Shown here: positions 32,002-41,839 of the stretch, in pieces
Position numbering within the stretch: the stretch's first letter is position 1
Layout: every line of letters starts with the position of its first letter
NCBI GenBank assembly: GCA_963719515.1
Contig: CAVRCJ010000003.1
Location: 576,001 to 640,000, forward strand
Length of the DNA: 64,000 nt
Direction: 5' to 3'
From: an uncultured cyanobacterium
GTDB lineage: Bacteria; Cyanobacteriota; Cyanobacteriia; CAKZMO01
Program-made: the position numbers and the translations under genes
The notes under the pieces: generated by a model
What the model saw: the letters and a program-made list of their open reading frames with translations, nothing else
Database searches by the model: none
Told to the model about the DNA's origin: nothing

Positions 32002-32652
32002 TCACAGATGAATCTGCCCCAGAATAATTCTCAGGCGATCGTAGTCGTCTTTAAGCAGCAGGCTGAGAGTGCGCCCCGCTTTTACCAGCCAAGGGCGATC
32101 GCCCTTGCGCAGCTGATACACCTCTCGAATGGTGGCGGCGACCAGGCTGTCTACCGGGGCGCCGGCCACCTGCAGTAAAGTGCGTAGGAAGTCTAGAGCC
32201 TCTGTAAAGGCAATGACGTCTTCAGGGTCGCACTGATAGACGGGCTGATGGACCTGAGGCGGCCGGGGCGGCAGATATTGGTAGTACGTCTGCCTGTCCG
32301 TTTCTAGCTCGCGGCGAAACCCTACAATGGCCGCCTGAAAATCGGTTTTGAGCATCGCAAAAATCTGAGGCTGCTGCTCCCGCAGCTCATCTAGAGACAG
32401 ACCCAGGGCCTGAGTGCGATGGATGGCGTCTACAGAGCTGGTGGTGGCGTGATACACCACGCCGTAGACCCAGTTGCCAGAGGCCTCATCCACCGCCTTA
32501 ACCCAGCTGCCAAAGGGCGGCATTGTCGCGTAGCTTAAATCCTGTGGCTGCAGGCACTGCGCCAAGAACTGGGTCGTTGAGGTCTCGATGACTTCCGCAA
32601 TATGGTCGGGACTGCGGCTGCTAGAGTCAAAAAGTGGGAGGGGAAGTCGCAT
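32002..32652 (-). CDS. HAS-barrel domain protein
   Basis: AEVIETSTTQFLAQC, PPFGSWV, YLPPRPP and LKDDYDRL. Confidence 0.75.
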   Translation of the reverse strand: MRLPLPLFDSSSRSPDHIAEVIETSTTQFLAQCLQPQDLSYATMPPFGSWVKAVDEASGNWVYGVVYHATTSSVDAIHRTQALGLSLDELREQQPQIFAMLKTDFQAAIVGFRRELETDRQTYYQYLPPRPPQVHQPVYQCDPEDVIAFTEALDFLRTLLQVAGAPVDSLVAATIREVYQLRKGDRPWLVKAGRTLSLLLKDDYDRLRIILGQIHL

Positions 32653-32788
32653 AGCGAGCGTTCAGTAGGGCAGGATAGGGGATCCGCGCAGGGGCCACTT
32701 CAAAGTATAGGCTTCCGTCCATTAGCCTGCACAACATGCGGCACAATGAGAATACTTGCTACGCCAATGCTGCTTAAAGGCTAGGACC

Positions 32789-34190
32789 ATGTCGATTAAT
32801 TTTGCGGACGCTCAAAATTTTTTGAGCGACCAAATTGCTCGTTACCGTCACCGGGTGGATTATCTGGCTATTCGAGTGGAAACCTCCGAGAGCGCTGCGA
32901 TTGTGCTGCGCGGGCGGCGGGTCGAGACCCTCAATGAAGGTGTCTCCGTAGGTGGGCAAGTGCGGGCCTGCTATCGAGGCGGCTGGGGGTTTGCCAGCTT
33001 CAACCGTCTGAGTGACCTCATCCACCACGTTGAGGCGGCGATCGCCTCCGCTCGCGCTGTTGGCGACGACGAAACGCTCCTAGCGCCTATCGAGCCCGTT
33101 CAAATGGTCTGCGCCCTGCCCCTAACCGGCAGCAGTCCCCGACACATCTCCTTAGCCCGCAAGAAGGCGCTGTGCGACCATTACTGCGACCTGCTCTACA
33201 GCGTTGACAGCCGCATTGCGGCCACCTCAATTTACTACACCGACCAGTCCCAGCGGGTGCTGCTAGCGACCTCAGATGGTACCCTGCTGGAACAGTCCTG
33301 GAACGACATGGAAATGCGCTTTGCGGCGACGGCTCGCTCCGGAGAAACGGTGCAGACGGGACGAGAGACTACCGGCTCTAGACGCGCCTACGAAGATCTA
33401 GAGCAGCTTGACTCTCAAGTGGCGGCGGCGGCCCGGCGTGCCGTTGAGGCGCTGTCGCTCTCCCCTATCAAAGGCGATGTCTATACCGTGGTCATCGATC
33501 CCTATCTTGACAGGGCTATTTGTGCATGAGGCGTTTGGTCACCTCTCAGAGGCCGATATGACCTACGAAAGCCCGGATCTTCTAGAAGTCATGTCTTTGG
33601 GGCGTCGCTTTGGTCCCGACATTCTCCAAGTGTTTGACGGCGCTGCCCTGGGCGGTCATCGGGGTAGCTACTACTACGATGACGAGGGTGTGCCAGCCAC
33701 CACTACCCAGCTTATTCGTGACGGTCAGCTGGCGGGGCGGCTCCACTCTCGCGAAACGGCCGGCCGGCTGGGCGAACCTCCCACCGGCAACGCCCGCTGC
33801 CTCAGCCACCATTACCCCCCCATCGTTCGCATGACGAATACCTGGATTGAGCGAGGGCAAACTCCGGTTCAAGACCTAATTAGCGGCATTTCCCAAGGGG
33901 TCTACGCCCGCAACTGGCTGGGGGGCATGACCAACGGCGAGCTATTCACCTTCACCGCCGGAGAGGCTCAGATGATCCGCAACGGCGAGCTAGCTGAGCC
34001 GGTGCGGGACGTGACGCTCTCTGGCAACGTGTTTAGCACCTTGGCCGATATCGAAGCCGTCGGCGATGATTTTCAGTGGGACGAATCTGGAGGCTGCGGC
34101 AAAGAAGATCAAAGTGGCCTACCCGTGGGCTGTGGGGGCCCCAGTCTGCGGATTCGTAACGTCGTGGTGGGCGGCGACGCCGGAAAATAG
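32789..34190 (+). pseudogene. tldD: TldD/PmbA-family metalloprotease with a +1 frameshift near 33500-33503
   Basis: Two overlapping ORFs join as VIDP-ILTGLFVHEAFGHLSEAD; RMTNT and CGK..Q.LPV motifs. Confidence 0.85.
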
Positions 34191-34730
34191 GGCGGTTTCG
34201 ACGGTGGCGATCGCCCTGTCTAAGTCGTCATTGACCACCTGCAGATCGAATTCCGCCGCCGATGATATCTCTGTCTTGGCCCGCGCTAGCCGTCGGGCGA
34301 TCGCCTCTTCCGAATCGTGCCCCCGCTCCCGCAGGCGGCGCTCTAGCTCATCTAGGGAGGGCGGCAAAATAAAGATCATGAAGGCATTGGGAAACAAACG
34401 CCGCACCTGCCGCGCTCCCACCAGCTCAATCTCCAGCACCACTGAATGTCCTTCAACAATCTGCCCTTCGACGCCTGAGCGCGGGGTGCCATAGTAATTG
34501 CCTGCAAACTCAGCCCACTCCAGCAGCTCGTTTTGGGCCTGCATCTGCTCAAACCGAGGTCGATCGAGAAAGAAGTAGTTTTCACCCTCTACTTCACCGG
34601 GTCGGGGCGATCGCGTCGTTGCCGATACTGAAAGCTTTAGATCAAGATGTCGCTGCAGCAGCCGATTGAGCAGCGTGCCCTTGCCCACGCCGCTTGGCCC
34701 GGTCAACACAATCAATCGTCCGTTACTCAT
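34119..34730 (-). CDS. gmk: Guanylate kinase
   Basis: [20 protein letters not shown] and NYYGT. Confidence 0.96.
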   Translation of the reverse strand: MSNGRLIVLTGPSGVGKGTLLNRLLQRHLDLKLSVSATTRSPRPGEVEGENYFFLDRPRFEQMQAQNELLEWAEFAGNYYGTPRSGVEGQIVEGHSVVLEIELVGARQVRRLFPNAFMIFILPPSLDELERRLRERGHDSEEAIARRLARAKTEISSAAEFDLQVVNDDLDRAIATVETALFSGVAAHHDVTNPQTGAPTAHG

Positions 34731-34785
34731 GTGCTACGTTCCCAACCCGATACCTACCTATTAGAGCGTACAATCTGGCAGTCCG

Positions 34786-35234
34786 GTGACATACTCCCGA
34801 CGCTCATCTTTTAGATAGAGCGCGGGCTTCTTGGCTCACGCACCACAATTTAATGGATGCCGCGCAAGAAGGTTTCCTGCTTCATCTGGTCCTGTCTAGT
34901 TACGCAGCAAGCCGTGCAACCCCGATTAGATCCCATCGACAGGCGATTTGTTTAATGTCCAGGCAATGACCAACCCCAGACAGTGACGAGTATTCAATTT
35001 CCAGCTACGTTTTCTACCGTCTGCACTGTTCACCAGCCAAGGGCTGTACGTTTGTGTCAGGATAGCAGGCCGCCGCCATGAAATAGTTTGAGCTTGGTTC
35101 AATTGTACCCTTTGCTCGCCTCGGCGCTGCCCTTAATTGCCGCCTTCGGCATCCAGTCAAGGGCGCACCTCGACTCGCTCGCTTACATCCCGACGCTGAT
35201 GCTGCGCATACAGCGCGGGGCTTTCACGAACTAG
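34786..35234 (-). mobile_element. Non-autonomous IS200/IS605 mini-element (449 bp)
   Basis: Minus strand TTTAG|CTAG..AAGCCCCGCGCTG..CAGCGTCGGGATG (LE) and AAGCCCGCGCTC..GAGCGTCGGGAGTATGTCAC (RE); same end family as 55245-55635. Confidence 0.85.
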
Positions 35235-35262
35235 CTAAACATTGAAGGCCAAACCGCAAAAG

Positions 35263-36426
35263 CTAAGCTGGCGAGAGCGCTGGGGCAGGGCAGCGGTCCA
35301 GCACCTGCTTGATTGTCAGGGCGGTCCAGTCTACGTCGGCCTCGGTGGTGTGCCGTCCTAGGGTCAGCCGGATGCCGCACCTAGCCGCGCGATCGCCGTA
35401 GCCCATAGCCTTGAGGATCGGGCTGGGGGAAAGCTTACCGCTGTGGCAGGCGGACCCGGCGCTGATGCCAATCCCCGCCAGGTTCATTTGGCGCACCAAA
35501 GTCTTGCCGCTGAGGAGGACGCCGTCACCCTGAGTTAAGTAAAAGCTGAGATGGTGGGGCAGACGGTGGACCGGATCGCCGGTCAGCCGGAGCCTGGGTT
35601 CGGATTGGAGCTGTTTCCAGAGGCGATCGCGCAGCTGCCGGAGCCGCTTCTCCTCCTGCTCTAGGGTTTGGTGGGCCAGGGCCGCAGCGACGCCAAATCC
35701 CGCGATCGCCGGGGTGGCTTGGGTTCCTGAGCGACGGCCTCCCTCCTGACCTCCCCCCCCGATTAGAGGCACTAAAATGACCCCGGGCCGGATGTACAGC
35801 GCCCCGGTCCCCTGCGGGCCGTAGATCTTGTGGCTCGACAGAGACAGCATATCCACCGGCAGCTGCTGCACGTCTATGGGCAAGCGACCCGCTACCTGAA
35901 CGGCGTCGGTGTGGAACAGGGCTCCGTGACGGCGGGTAATGTCGCACAGCTCCCGAATAGGCTGTAGAGTGCCCACCTCACTCTGACCGTAAATGATGGA
36001 GACCAGCGCCGTATCGGACCTGAGAGCCACTTTTAAATCTTTTGGGTCAACGCGTCCGTGGGCACTCACCGGCAGCCGCGTCACCTGCCAACCCCGCTGC
36101 TCAAGCAGCCGCACGGGTTCCGCGATCGCCGAATGCTCGACGCTGGAGATGATCAGGTGCCGGGGGGCGGGGTAGCGGTCTGCCGTTCCCCTGATGGCGA
36201 GGGTGTTGGCCTCGGTGCCGCCTGAGGTGAAAGCAATAGCGTCGATGGGGGCATTGATTAGGGCGGCAAGGCTACTGCGGGCTTGCTCGACGTAAGTAGC
36301 CGCGCGAATGCCCCACTGATGCAGACTAGAAGGGTTGCCCCATTGGTCTGTCATGACCTGCTGCATAAGGGCCACGGCGTCGGGGTGGGGCGGGGTGGTA
36401 GCGCTGTAGTCTAAATAGATCTGCAT
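35263..36426 (-). CDS. Cysteine desulfurase (IscS/NifS family)
   Basis: YLDYSATT, GNPSS.H, TSGGTE, HTDAVQ, SSHKIYGP and SAGSAC. Confidence 0.93.
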   Translation of the reverse strand: MQIYLDYSATTPPHPDAVALMQQVMTDQWGNPSSLHQWGIRAATYVEQARSSLAALINAPIDAIAFTSGGTEANTLAIRGTADRYPAPRHLIISSVEHSAIAEPVRLLEQRGWQVTRLPVSAHGRVDPKDLKVALRSDTALVSIIYGQSEVGTLQPIRELCDITRRHGALFHTDAVQVAGRLPIDVQQLPVDMLSLSSHKIYGPQGTGALYIRPGVILVPLIGGGGQEGGRRSGTQATPAIAGFGVAAALAHQTLEQEEKRLRQLRDRLWKQLQSEPRLRLTGDPVHRLPHHLSFYLTQGDGVLLSGKTLVRQMNLAGIGISAGSACHSGKLSPSPILKAMGYGDRAARCGIRLTLGRHTTEADVDWTALTIKQVLDRCPAPALSPA

Positions 36427-36574
36427 AGTTAGCTTGAGGTCTGGCAGTTTTGCCGCAGCACGGTATTGGAGCGCTGGTTTCGGGATGCCGATTGCGGAGC
36501 GCTGATTGCGGAGTGATGATTGCGAGACAACAGCGCCTACCATTAATCTTGACATCAAACGCAGAGACCTGCGT

Positions 36575-37684
36575 TTACCGAGGCAGCTGAAACACATCCA
36601 TCAAAATTGCGTTCGCCGCCGTTCGCCTCACCGCGTTGGGAGAGTCGTAGACAATCATGAGCGCCTCCGGCTGTCCCAAGCAGGGCATCAGCGCCAGCCC
36701 TTCGGCGTGATCAGAGCCAATCGTGAACGGCAGGTCGAAGATCACCTCGATATCGGCGGGCTGGTCTAGCACAGAATCTTGCGATCGCTCAAACATCCCA
36801 GGAATCCGAAACAGGCGCATCTCTCCCTCTAAGGCCATGGTGGGACCGCCCAGCACAATCAGGTCGTCTCCCTGTAGGCACAGCTCTCGAATGCCCAGTC
36901 CGTTGAGATTGAGGAAATGTTTGCGGTACAAGCGTCCGTCGTCGTCGGGCTTGAGGGTTAGTACCCCAGGTTCTAGCTCTTCCACCGCAATATCGATGAC
37001 GATGGCCCAGCCCCGCAGCACCGGACCCCGTAGCCCTAGCAGTAGACGGTCACCTTGTGCTGCTAGCCCCTCAATGTCCAGCCCGTTGTCCTTGCTGGGT
37101 AAGCGGCTCGCCACGATCTGGCCAATGTGAGAGTCCTCCTTGAGGGCTTCGGTAAGACAGTTCCCGTCTCCAATAGCCTGAAGCCGGGCGGCGTGGATGA
37201 CTTGGTCTACCTGCTTGGGGTCAGAGCAGGTGCGGTGCAAAGAGCCCCCTAGCAGTGGGATGCGACCCAACAGATAGCGGTTTTCGTCTCGCTTAAGCTG
37301 AGACAGACGCTCGATGTCATCTTGAACGTCTTTCCCTTTGACTTTGCTGCGCTTGTAGCTGTGGGAGCCCGTGAACCAGAGATAAGGACTTCCATAGGCT
37401 AGCCCCTCTATATCCACCTCGTCATTAGGATCGTAAAGATCAATCAAATCAGCTAGAGCAAACGACTTATGCTCCCCGTACACCATGTTCCCCAAGGGAG
37501 ACAGACGCTCGATGCTGATATACTCATCCGAGCTGACCCACAGATTACCCTCGGGGGTCAGCGCTGCCGCAGAGAGCTCTTGAATCAAGTCGTCATCATC
37601 ACTGTCGAACTGGAGAAGCGCACGGCTGAGAAGAAAAGGATTGTCCATGGATCGCAAGACGATAGAGGAATCAACAGAGGTCAA
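36575..37684 (-). CDS. DUF3616 domain protein
   Basis: DIEGLA twice, GSHS, GLRGP, GLGIR and HAEG motifs. Confidence 0.75.
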   Translation of the reverse strand: MTSVDSSIVLRSMDNPFLLSRALLQFDSDDDDLIQELSAAALTPEGNLWVSSDEYISIERLSPLGNMVYGEHKSFALADLIDLYDPNDEVDIEGLAYGSPYLWFTGSHSYKRSKVKGKDVQDDIERLSQLKRDENRYLLGRIPLLGGSLHRTCSDPKQVDQVIHAARLQAIGDGNCLTEALKEDSHIGQIVASRLPSKDNGLDIEGLAAQGDRLLLGLRGPVLRGWAIVIDIAVEELEPGVLTLKPDDDGRLYRKHFLNLNGLGIRELCLQGDDLIVLGGPTMALEGEMRLFRIPGMFERSQDSVLDQPADIEVIFDLPFTIGSDHAEGLALMPCLGQPEALMIVYDSPNAVRRTAANAILMDVFQLPR

Positions 37685-37820
37685 ACTAGCCTGATACTGT
37701 CCCAGACAGTATTTATATTGACCTCTAAGTTAACCTTTTCTTAACTTTCCTTAAATTTGATTAGGATGCCAGAGTTCAAAAAAGAGGGCTACCCTAGCTC
37801 GACCTTGGCTGAGACAAAAC

Positions 37821-38099
37821 TCAAAACTGCTCATCCAACGCAATCGTGCGAATGCGGGCGATATCTGAATCGACGTAGCTGCTGTTCATCTGTCGCTGTA
37901 GAGCGTACCGCTGCTCCACATCGTTCATGTAGTTGTAGGAGTGGCTCGCTAGCATATACACGGCCACAAGACCTGCTGCCGCACTCGACACCAAAAAACC
38001 TGCCAGCATTAAAGAAAACTCCTGATGATCGATGGCTTCCTGCATCAAATGCAGCGCCCATGCCACCAAGGCAATGACAACTATGAGAATTAAAAACAT
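37821..38099 (-). CDS. Small hypothetical membrane protein
   Basis: 92-aa ORF with two hydrophobic helices flanking EFSLML. Confidence 0.6.
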   Translation of the reverse strand: MFLILIVVIALVAWALHLMQEAIDHQEFSLMLAGFLVSSAAAGLVAVYMLASHSYNYMNDVEQRYALQRQMNSSYVDSDIARIRTIALDEQF

Positions 38100-38321
38100 T
38101 TCTTAAATGCTACGTAATCATTCGTAACATTCACAGCTTAACATTTATCTCGAGAACGTGGGGCTATTGTGTTGGACTGCTTAACGGTTTGTATCTAGGG
38201 GATATTCGTGATGGGACAGCTCGCAAACCCGCTATAGCTGGAGCGTAGCCTGTTGTTCCCAGTACAGCCGAATGAGAAATGCAGTAATGTGAATCCAAGT
38301 ATGCTCGTAACGGCTGTAAAC

Positions 38322-39083
38322 CTAGCGGCGAACGCTGACCTGATGCTCCTGTAAATGGTCCTTGATTTGGGCCACCGTCAATGTCCCGTAGTGAAGAAGA
38401 GAGGCCAGCAGCGCCGCCTCTGCCCGTCCGTCGGTCAACGCCTCGCGAATGTGATCGCAATTGCCCGCCCCCCCCGATGCAATTACCGGAACCCCAACCC
38501 GCTCGGCGATCGCCTGCGTTAAGGCGATATCGTAGCCGGCCTGGGTGCCGTCGGCGTCCATGCTGGTGACTAGAAGCTCCCCGGCCCCCCGCTCCACAAC
38601 CTGGCTGGCCCAGTCTAGCGCGTCTATGCCGGTGTTTTCCCGCCCGCCCCGCACGTAGACCTCCCACCCGTCACCGGATGCCCGCCGCCTTGCGTCGATG
38701 GCGACCACAATGCACTGGGCTCCGAATCGGCTGCTGGCCTCATTGATAAAGTCTGGATTGCGCACCGCCGCCGAGTTGATGCTCACCTTATCGGCTCCGG
38801 CCCGCAGCAGGGTTTTGATCGTCTCCACCGACTGAATGCCTCCCCCCACCGTCAAGGGAATGAACACCCGCTCCGCCGTACGGTAGACCACGTCGACAAT
38901 AATGCTCCGGTTTTCGTGGGTAGCCGTGATATCGAGAAACACCAGCTCATCGGCCCCAGCATCGTTGTAGACCTGCGCTAGCTCTACGGGGTCACCTGCG
39001 TCCTTAAGGCCGACAAAGTTGACGCCTTTGACGACGCGGCCGGCTTTGACATCCAGACAGGGGACGATTCGCTTAGCGAGCAT
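38322..39083 (-). CDS. hisF: Imidazole glycerol phosphate synthase cyclase subunit
   Basis: [28 protein letters not shown] and IASGGAG. Confidence 0.97.
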   Translation of the reverse strand: MLAKRIVPCLDVKAGRVVKGVNFVGLKDAGDPVELAQVYNDAGADELVFLDITATHENRSIIVDVVYRTAERVFIPLTVGGGIQSVETIKTLLRAGADKVSINSAAVRNPDFINEASSRFGAQCIVVAIDARRRASGDGWEVYVRGGRENTGIDALDWASQVVERGAGELLVTSMDADGTQAGYDIALTQAIAERVGVPVIASGGAGNCDHIREALTDGRAEAALLASLLHYGTLTVAQIKDHLQEHQVSVRR

Positions 39084-39249
39084 AAAACCTTTTGGGGAAA
39101 GAGTTGGGCTATTCGCGCCCCGCAGGGAGGCGGGTGACTTGAGAGAGGCAACAAAATGCAGAAATTCGATTCTACAGGATCTTAATCAATCGCAAGACAC
39201 TGTTAAACTGTGAAATGGTTTTATCACTAACATTGTGCATGGAGTTGTG

Positions 39250-39444
39250 ATGGAGATTGGTCAGCGGGTACGGGTTTTTCGGCTGCGGGATCGGGTGTCG
39301 AGAGACGTGGTTGGTCGTCTCGGAAAAACCGGGACAATTCAGGATTTTAAGATGCTGGACGGCAGCAGCGTCGGCGCTGTCGTTACCTTTGAAGAGGACA
39401 GCTTTACCACCTGGTTTTTTGAGGACGAGCTGCAGGCCATTTAA
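39250..39444 (+). CDS. petP: Cytochrome b6f subunit PetP
   Basis: IGQRVRV.RLRDR...DG...TWFFEDEL. Confidence 0.85.
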   Translation: MEIGQRVRVFRLRDRVSRDVVGRLGKTGTIQDFKMLDGSSVGAVVTFEEDSFTTWFFEDELQAI

Positions 39445-39474
39445 GCCGCTCGTTTACTGAAAGTAAAATTTCCC

Positions 39475-39510
39475 AGGGCTCAAGCCGATTTAAGCTGGCT
39501 TGAGCCTTCT
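39475..39510 (+). terminator. Hairpin after petP
   Basis: AGGGCTCAAGCCG...TGGCTTGAGCCTT. Confidence 0.55.
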
Positions 39511-39583
39511 CCCACTCAAGCGCTGAGGCTATCCCATAGAGCCGCAACGCCGTACCGAAACGCTAAGCAGAATCTACACCACC

Positions 39584-40696
39584 ATGGCACTCATCCTCAC
39601 ATTTTTGGGCAAAGGCGGTACGGGCCGTACCACCGCCGCGATCGCCGCCGCGAAGCGATTTGCGGCGGAGGGCAAACGTGTTTTGCTCGCCAGCCAAGAC
39701 CCCGGCCCGGCCTTTGAAATGATTCTAGGAGCCGAATGCGGCACCGCACCCACCTCAATTGGGGCGAACCTAGACGCCGTGCAGCTGCAGGCGGCTGTGC
39801 TGCTCGAAGAAAGCTGGGAGGAGGTAAAGCGACAGGAGGCCCGCTACCTGCGATCGCCGTTTCTCAAGTCGGTGTATGGCCAAGAATTAGGGGTGCTGCC
39901 GGGAATGGATTCGGCCTTGGCCCTCAACGCCTTGAGGGAATACGAAGCGGGCAGCTATGACGTAATTGTCTACGACGGCCCCGGTGACCAGACAACGCTG
40001 CGCATGCTGGGGATGCCCGAGATTTTGAGCTGGTATCTGCGGCGCTTCCGCTCGGTATTTTTAGAGTCTGACGTGGTCAAAACTCTATCGCCGTTTTTGC
40101 AGCCCATGGCCGGGGCGGTGCTCAACGTTGACTGGTCGGGAGGCAACGCGTTCAATCAGCCGACCCAGCAGGTGAACGGCATGCTAGACGATGGCCGCAG
40201 CGCCGTAGCCGACCCGCGCCGGGTGGTGGCCTACCTGGTGACCACTGACCAGCCGGATGCGATCGCCACCGCCACCTATCTATGGGGCAGCGCCCAGCAA
40301 ATTGGCCTTACGGTAGGAGGCGTCATTTTGAATCAGGGGGGAATGTCCGATGCGGTCAAGACTGACGCGGTCAAGACCAGCTTTGCTCCCCTAGAGATCG
40401 CCGTGCTGCCCGCGCGCAGCGACAGCTGGCAGCCGCTGATGGAAGCGCTGCCGGATGCGGCCCAGGCGGCAAATGCGCCCCGTTCTGTCTCTGTCGATCT
40501 GGCCGCCAAACAGGTGTCTCTGTTTCTCCCCGGCTTCAGCAAAAAGCAGGTGAAGCTCACCCAATATGGCCCCGAGGTCACCATAGAGGCAGGAGATCAG
40601 CGCCGCAACATCGCGCTTCCCCCCGAACTGCGGGGGCGGGCGGTGTCGGGGGCCAAGTTTGCCGATGGCTATCTGATCATTTCATTTGCGTCGTAG
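39584..40696 (+). CDS. ArsA/Get3-family ATPase with C-terminal HSP20-like domain
   Basis: FLGKGGTGRTT; LPGFSKKQVKL..EAGDQRRNI tail. Confidence 0.88.
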   Translation: MALILTFLGKGGTGRTTAAIAAAKRFAAEGKRVLLASQDPGPAFEMILGAECGTAPTSIGANLDAVQLQAAVLLEESWEEVKRQEARYLRSPFLKSVYGQELGVLPGMDSALALNALREYEAGSYDVIVYDGPGDQTTLRMLGMPEILSWYLRRFRSVFLESDVVKTLSPFLQPMAGAVLNVDWSGGNAFNQPTQQVNGMLDDGRSAVADPRRVVAYLVTTDQPDAIATATYLWGSAQQIGLTVGGVILNQGGMSDAVKTDAVKTSFAPLEIAVLPARSDSWQPLMEALPDAAQAANAPRSVSVDLAAKQVSLFLPGFSKKQVKLTQYGPEVTIEAGDQRRNIALPPELRGRAVSGAKFADGYLIISFAS

Positions 40697-40823
40697 CTTA
40701 ATGCTGTAAGACTTCGATGCTCCGGTCTACGGTAGCGCTAGCGCAGTCTTAGCGCTACGGTTTAAACGCTGATGTCTTTCCGGCCTAGCCCTCTGGCTCT
40801 TTAGTCAAACTTTGTGAGTCCCT

Positions 40824-41828
40824 ATGACTAATTCACCGTCCCCGGTCCCCAAGGAAGAAGCGCTCCCCACTCCCGATAATCGCGGCGGTAAGGCACGTCA
40901 GCTTCTAGGGATGAAGGGTGCTCAAGCGGGTGAAACTTCTACCTGGAAGCTGCGCCTGCAGCTGATGAAGCCCATTACCTGGATTCCACTGATCTGGGGC
41001 GTTTTGTGCGGGGCGGCCTCTTCCGGTCAGTACCGGTGGACCTTGGAGAACGTACTGGTTGCCGCCGCCTGTATGCTGATGTCGGGGCCGCTGATGACGG
41101 GCTACACCCAAACCCTTAACGATTTTTACGATCGCGAGATCGACGCCATTAACGAGCCTTACCGACCCATCCCGTCAGGGGCGATCTCCGTCCCCCAGGC
41201 CGTCACCCAAATTCTGGTGCTGCTGGGTCTAGGCATTGGCGTTTCTGTACTGCTAGATCTGTGGGCGGGTCATCGCTTTCCCATCATGCTGATCTTGACG
41301 TTGGGGGGGGCTTTCTTGGCCTACATCTATTCCGCGCCGCCCCTCAAGCTGAAGCAAAATGGTTGGGCGGGCAACTATGCTTTGGGCGCTAGCTACATCG
41401 CTTTACCTTGGTGGGCAGGCCATGCCCTGTTTGGCACGCTGACGCCCACTGTTATGGTGCTGACGCTGTTCTATAGTTTGGCGGGGTTGGGGATTGCCGT
41501 GGTGAACGACTTCAAGAGCGTCGAGGGCGATCGCCAGCTGGGCCTCAAGTCCCTACCGGTGATGTTTGGCGTCAAAACCGCGGCTTGGATCGGCGTTTTG
41601 ACCATCGATATTTTTCAGGCGGGGATTGCGGTTTACCTGATGAGCATCGGTCAGCCGCTGCTGGCGACGGTGCTGGTGCTGCTAATTGTGCCCCAAATTC
41701 TGTTTCAAGACATGTACTTTTTGCGTAATCCCCTGGAGAATGACGTCAAATACCAGGCCAGCGCTCAGCCCTTCTTAGTGTTTGGTATGCTGGCAACTGG
41801 GATTGCATTGGGGCACGCCGTTCTCTAG
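40824..41828 (+). CDS. chlG: Chlorophyll synthase
   Basis: LMKPITW, NDFYDREIDAINEPYRPIPSG and NDFKSVEGDR. Confidence 0.97.
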   Translation: MTNSPSPVPKEEALPTPDNRGGKARQLLGMKGAQAGETSTWKLRLQLMKPITWIPLIWGVLCGAASSGQYRWTLENVLVAAACMLMSGPLMTGYTQTLNDFYDREIDAINEPYRPIPSGAISVPQAVTQILVLLGLGIGVSVLLDLWAGHRFPIMLILTLGGAFLAYIYSAPPLKLKQNGWAGNYALGASYIALPWWAGHALFGTLTPTVMVLTLFYSLAGLGIAVVNDFKSVEGDRQLGLKSLPVMFGVKTAAWIGVLTIDIFQAGIAVYLMSIGQPLLATVLVLLIVPQILFQDMYFLRNPLENDVKYQASAQPFLVFGMLATGIALGHAVL

Positions 41829-41839
41829 GACCATATTCC

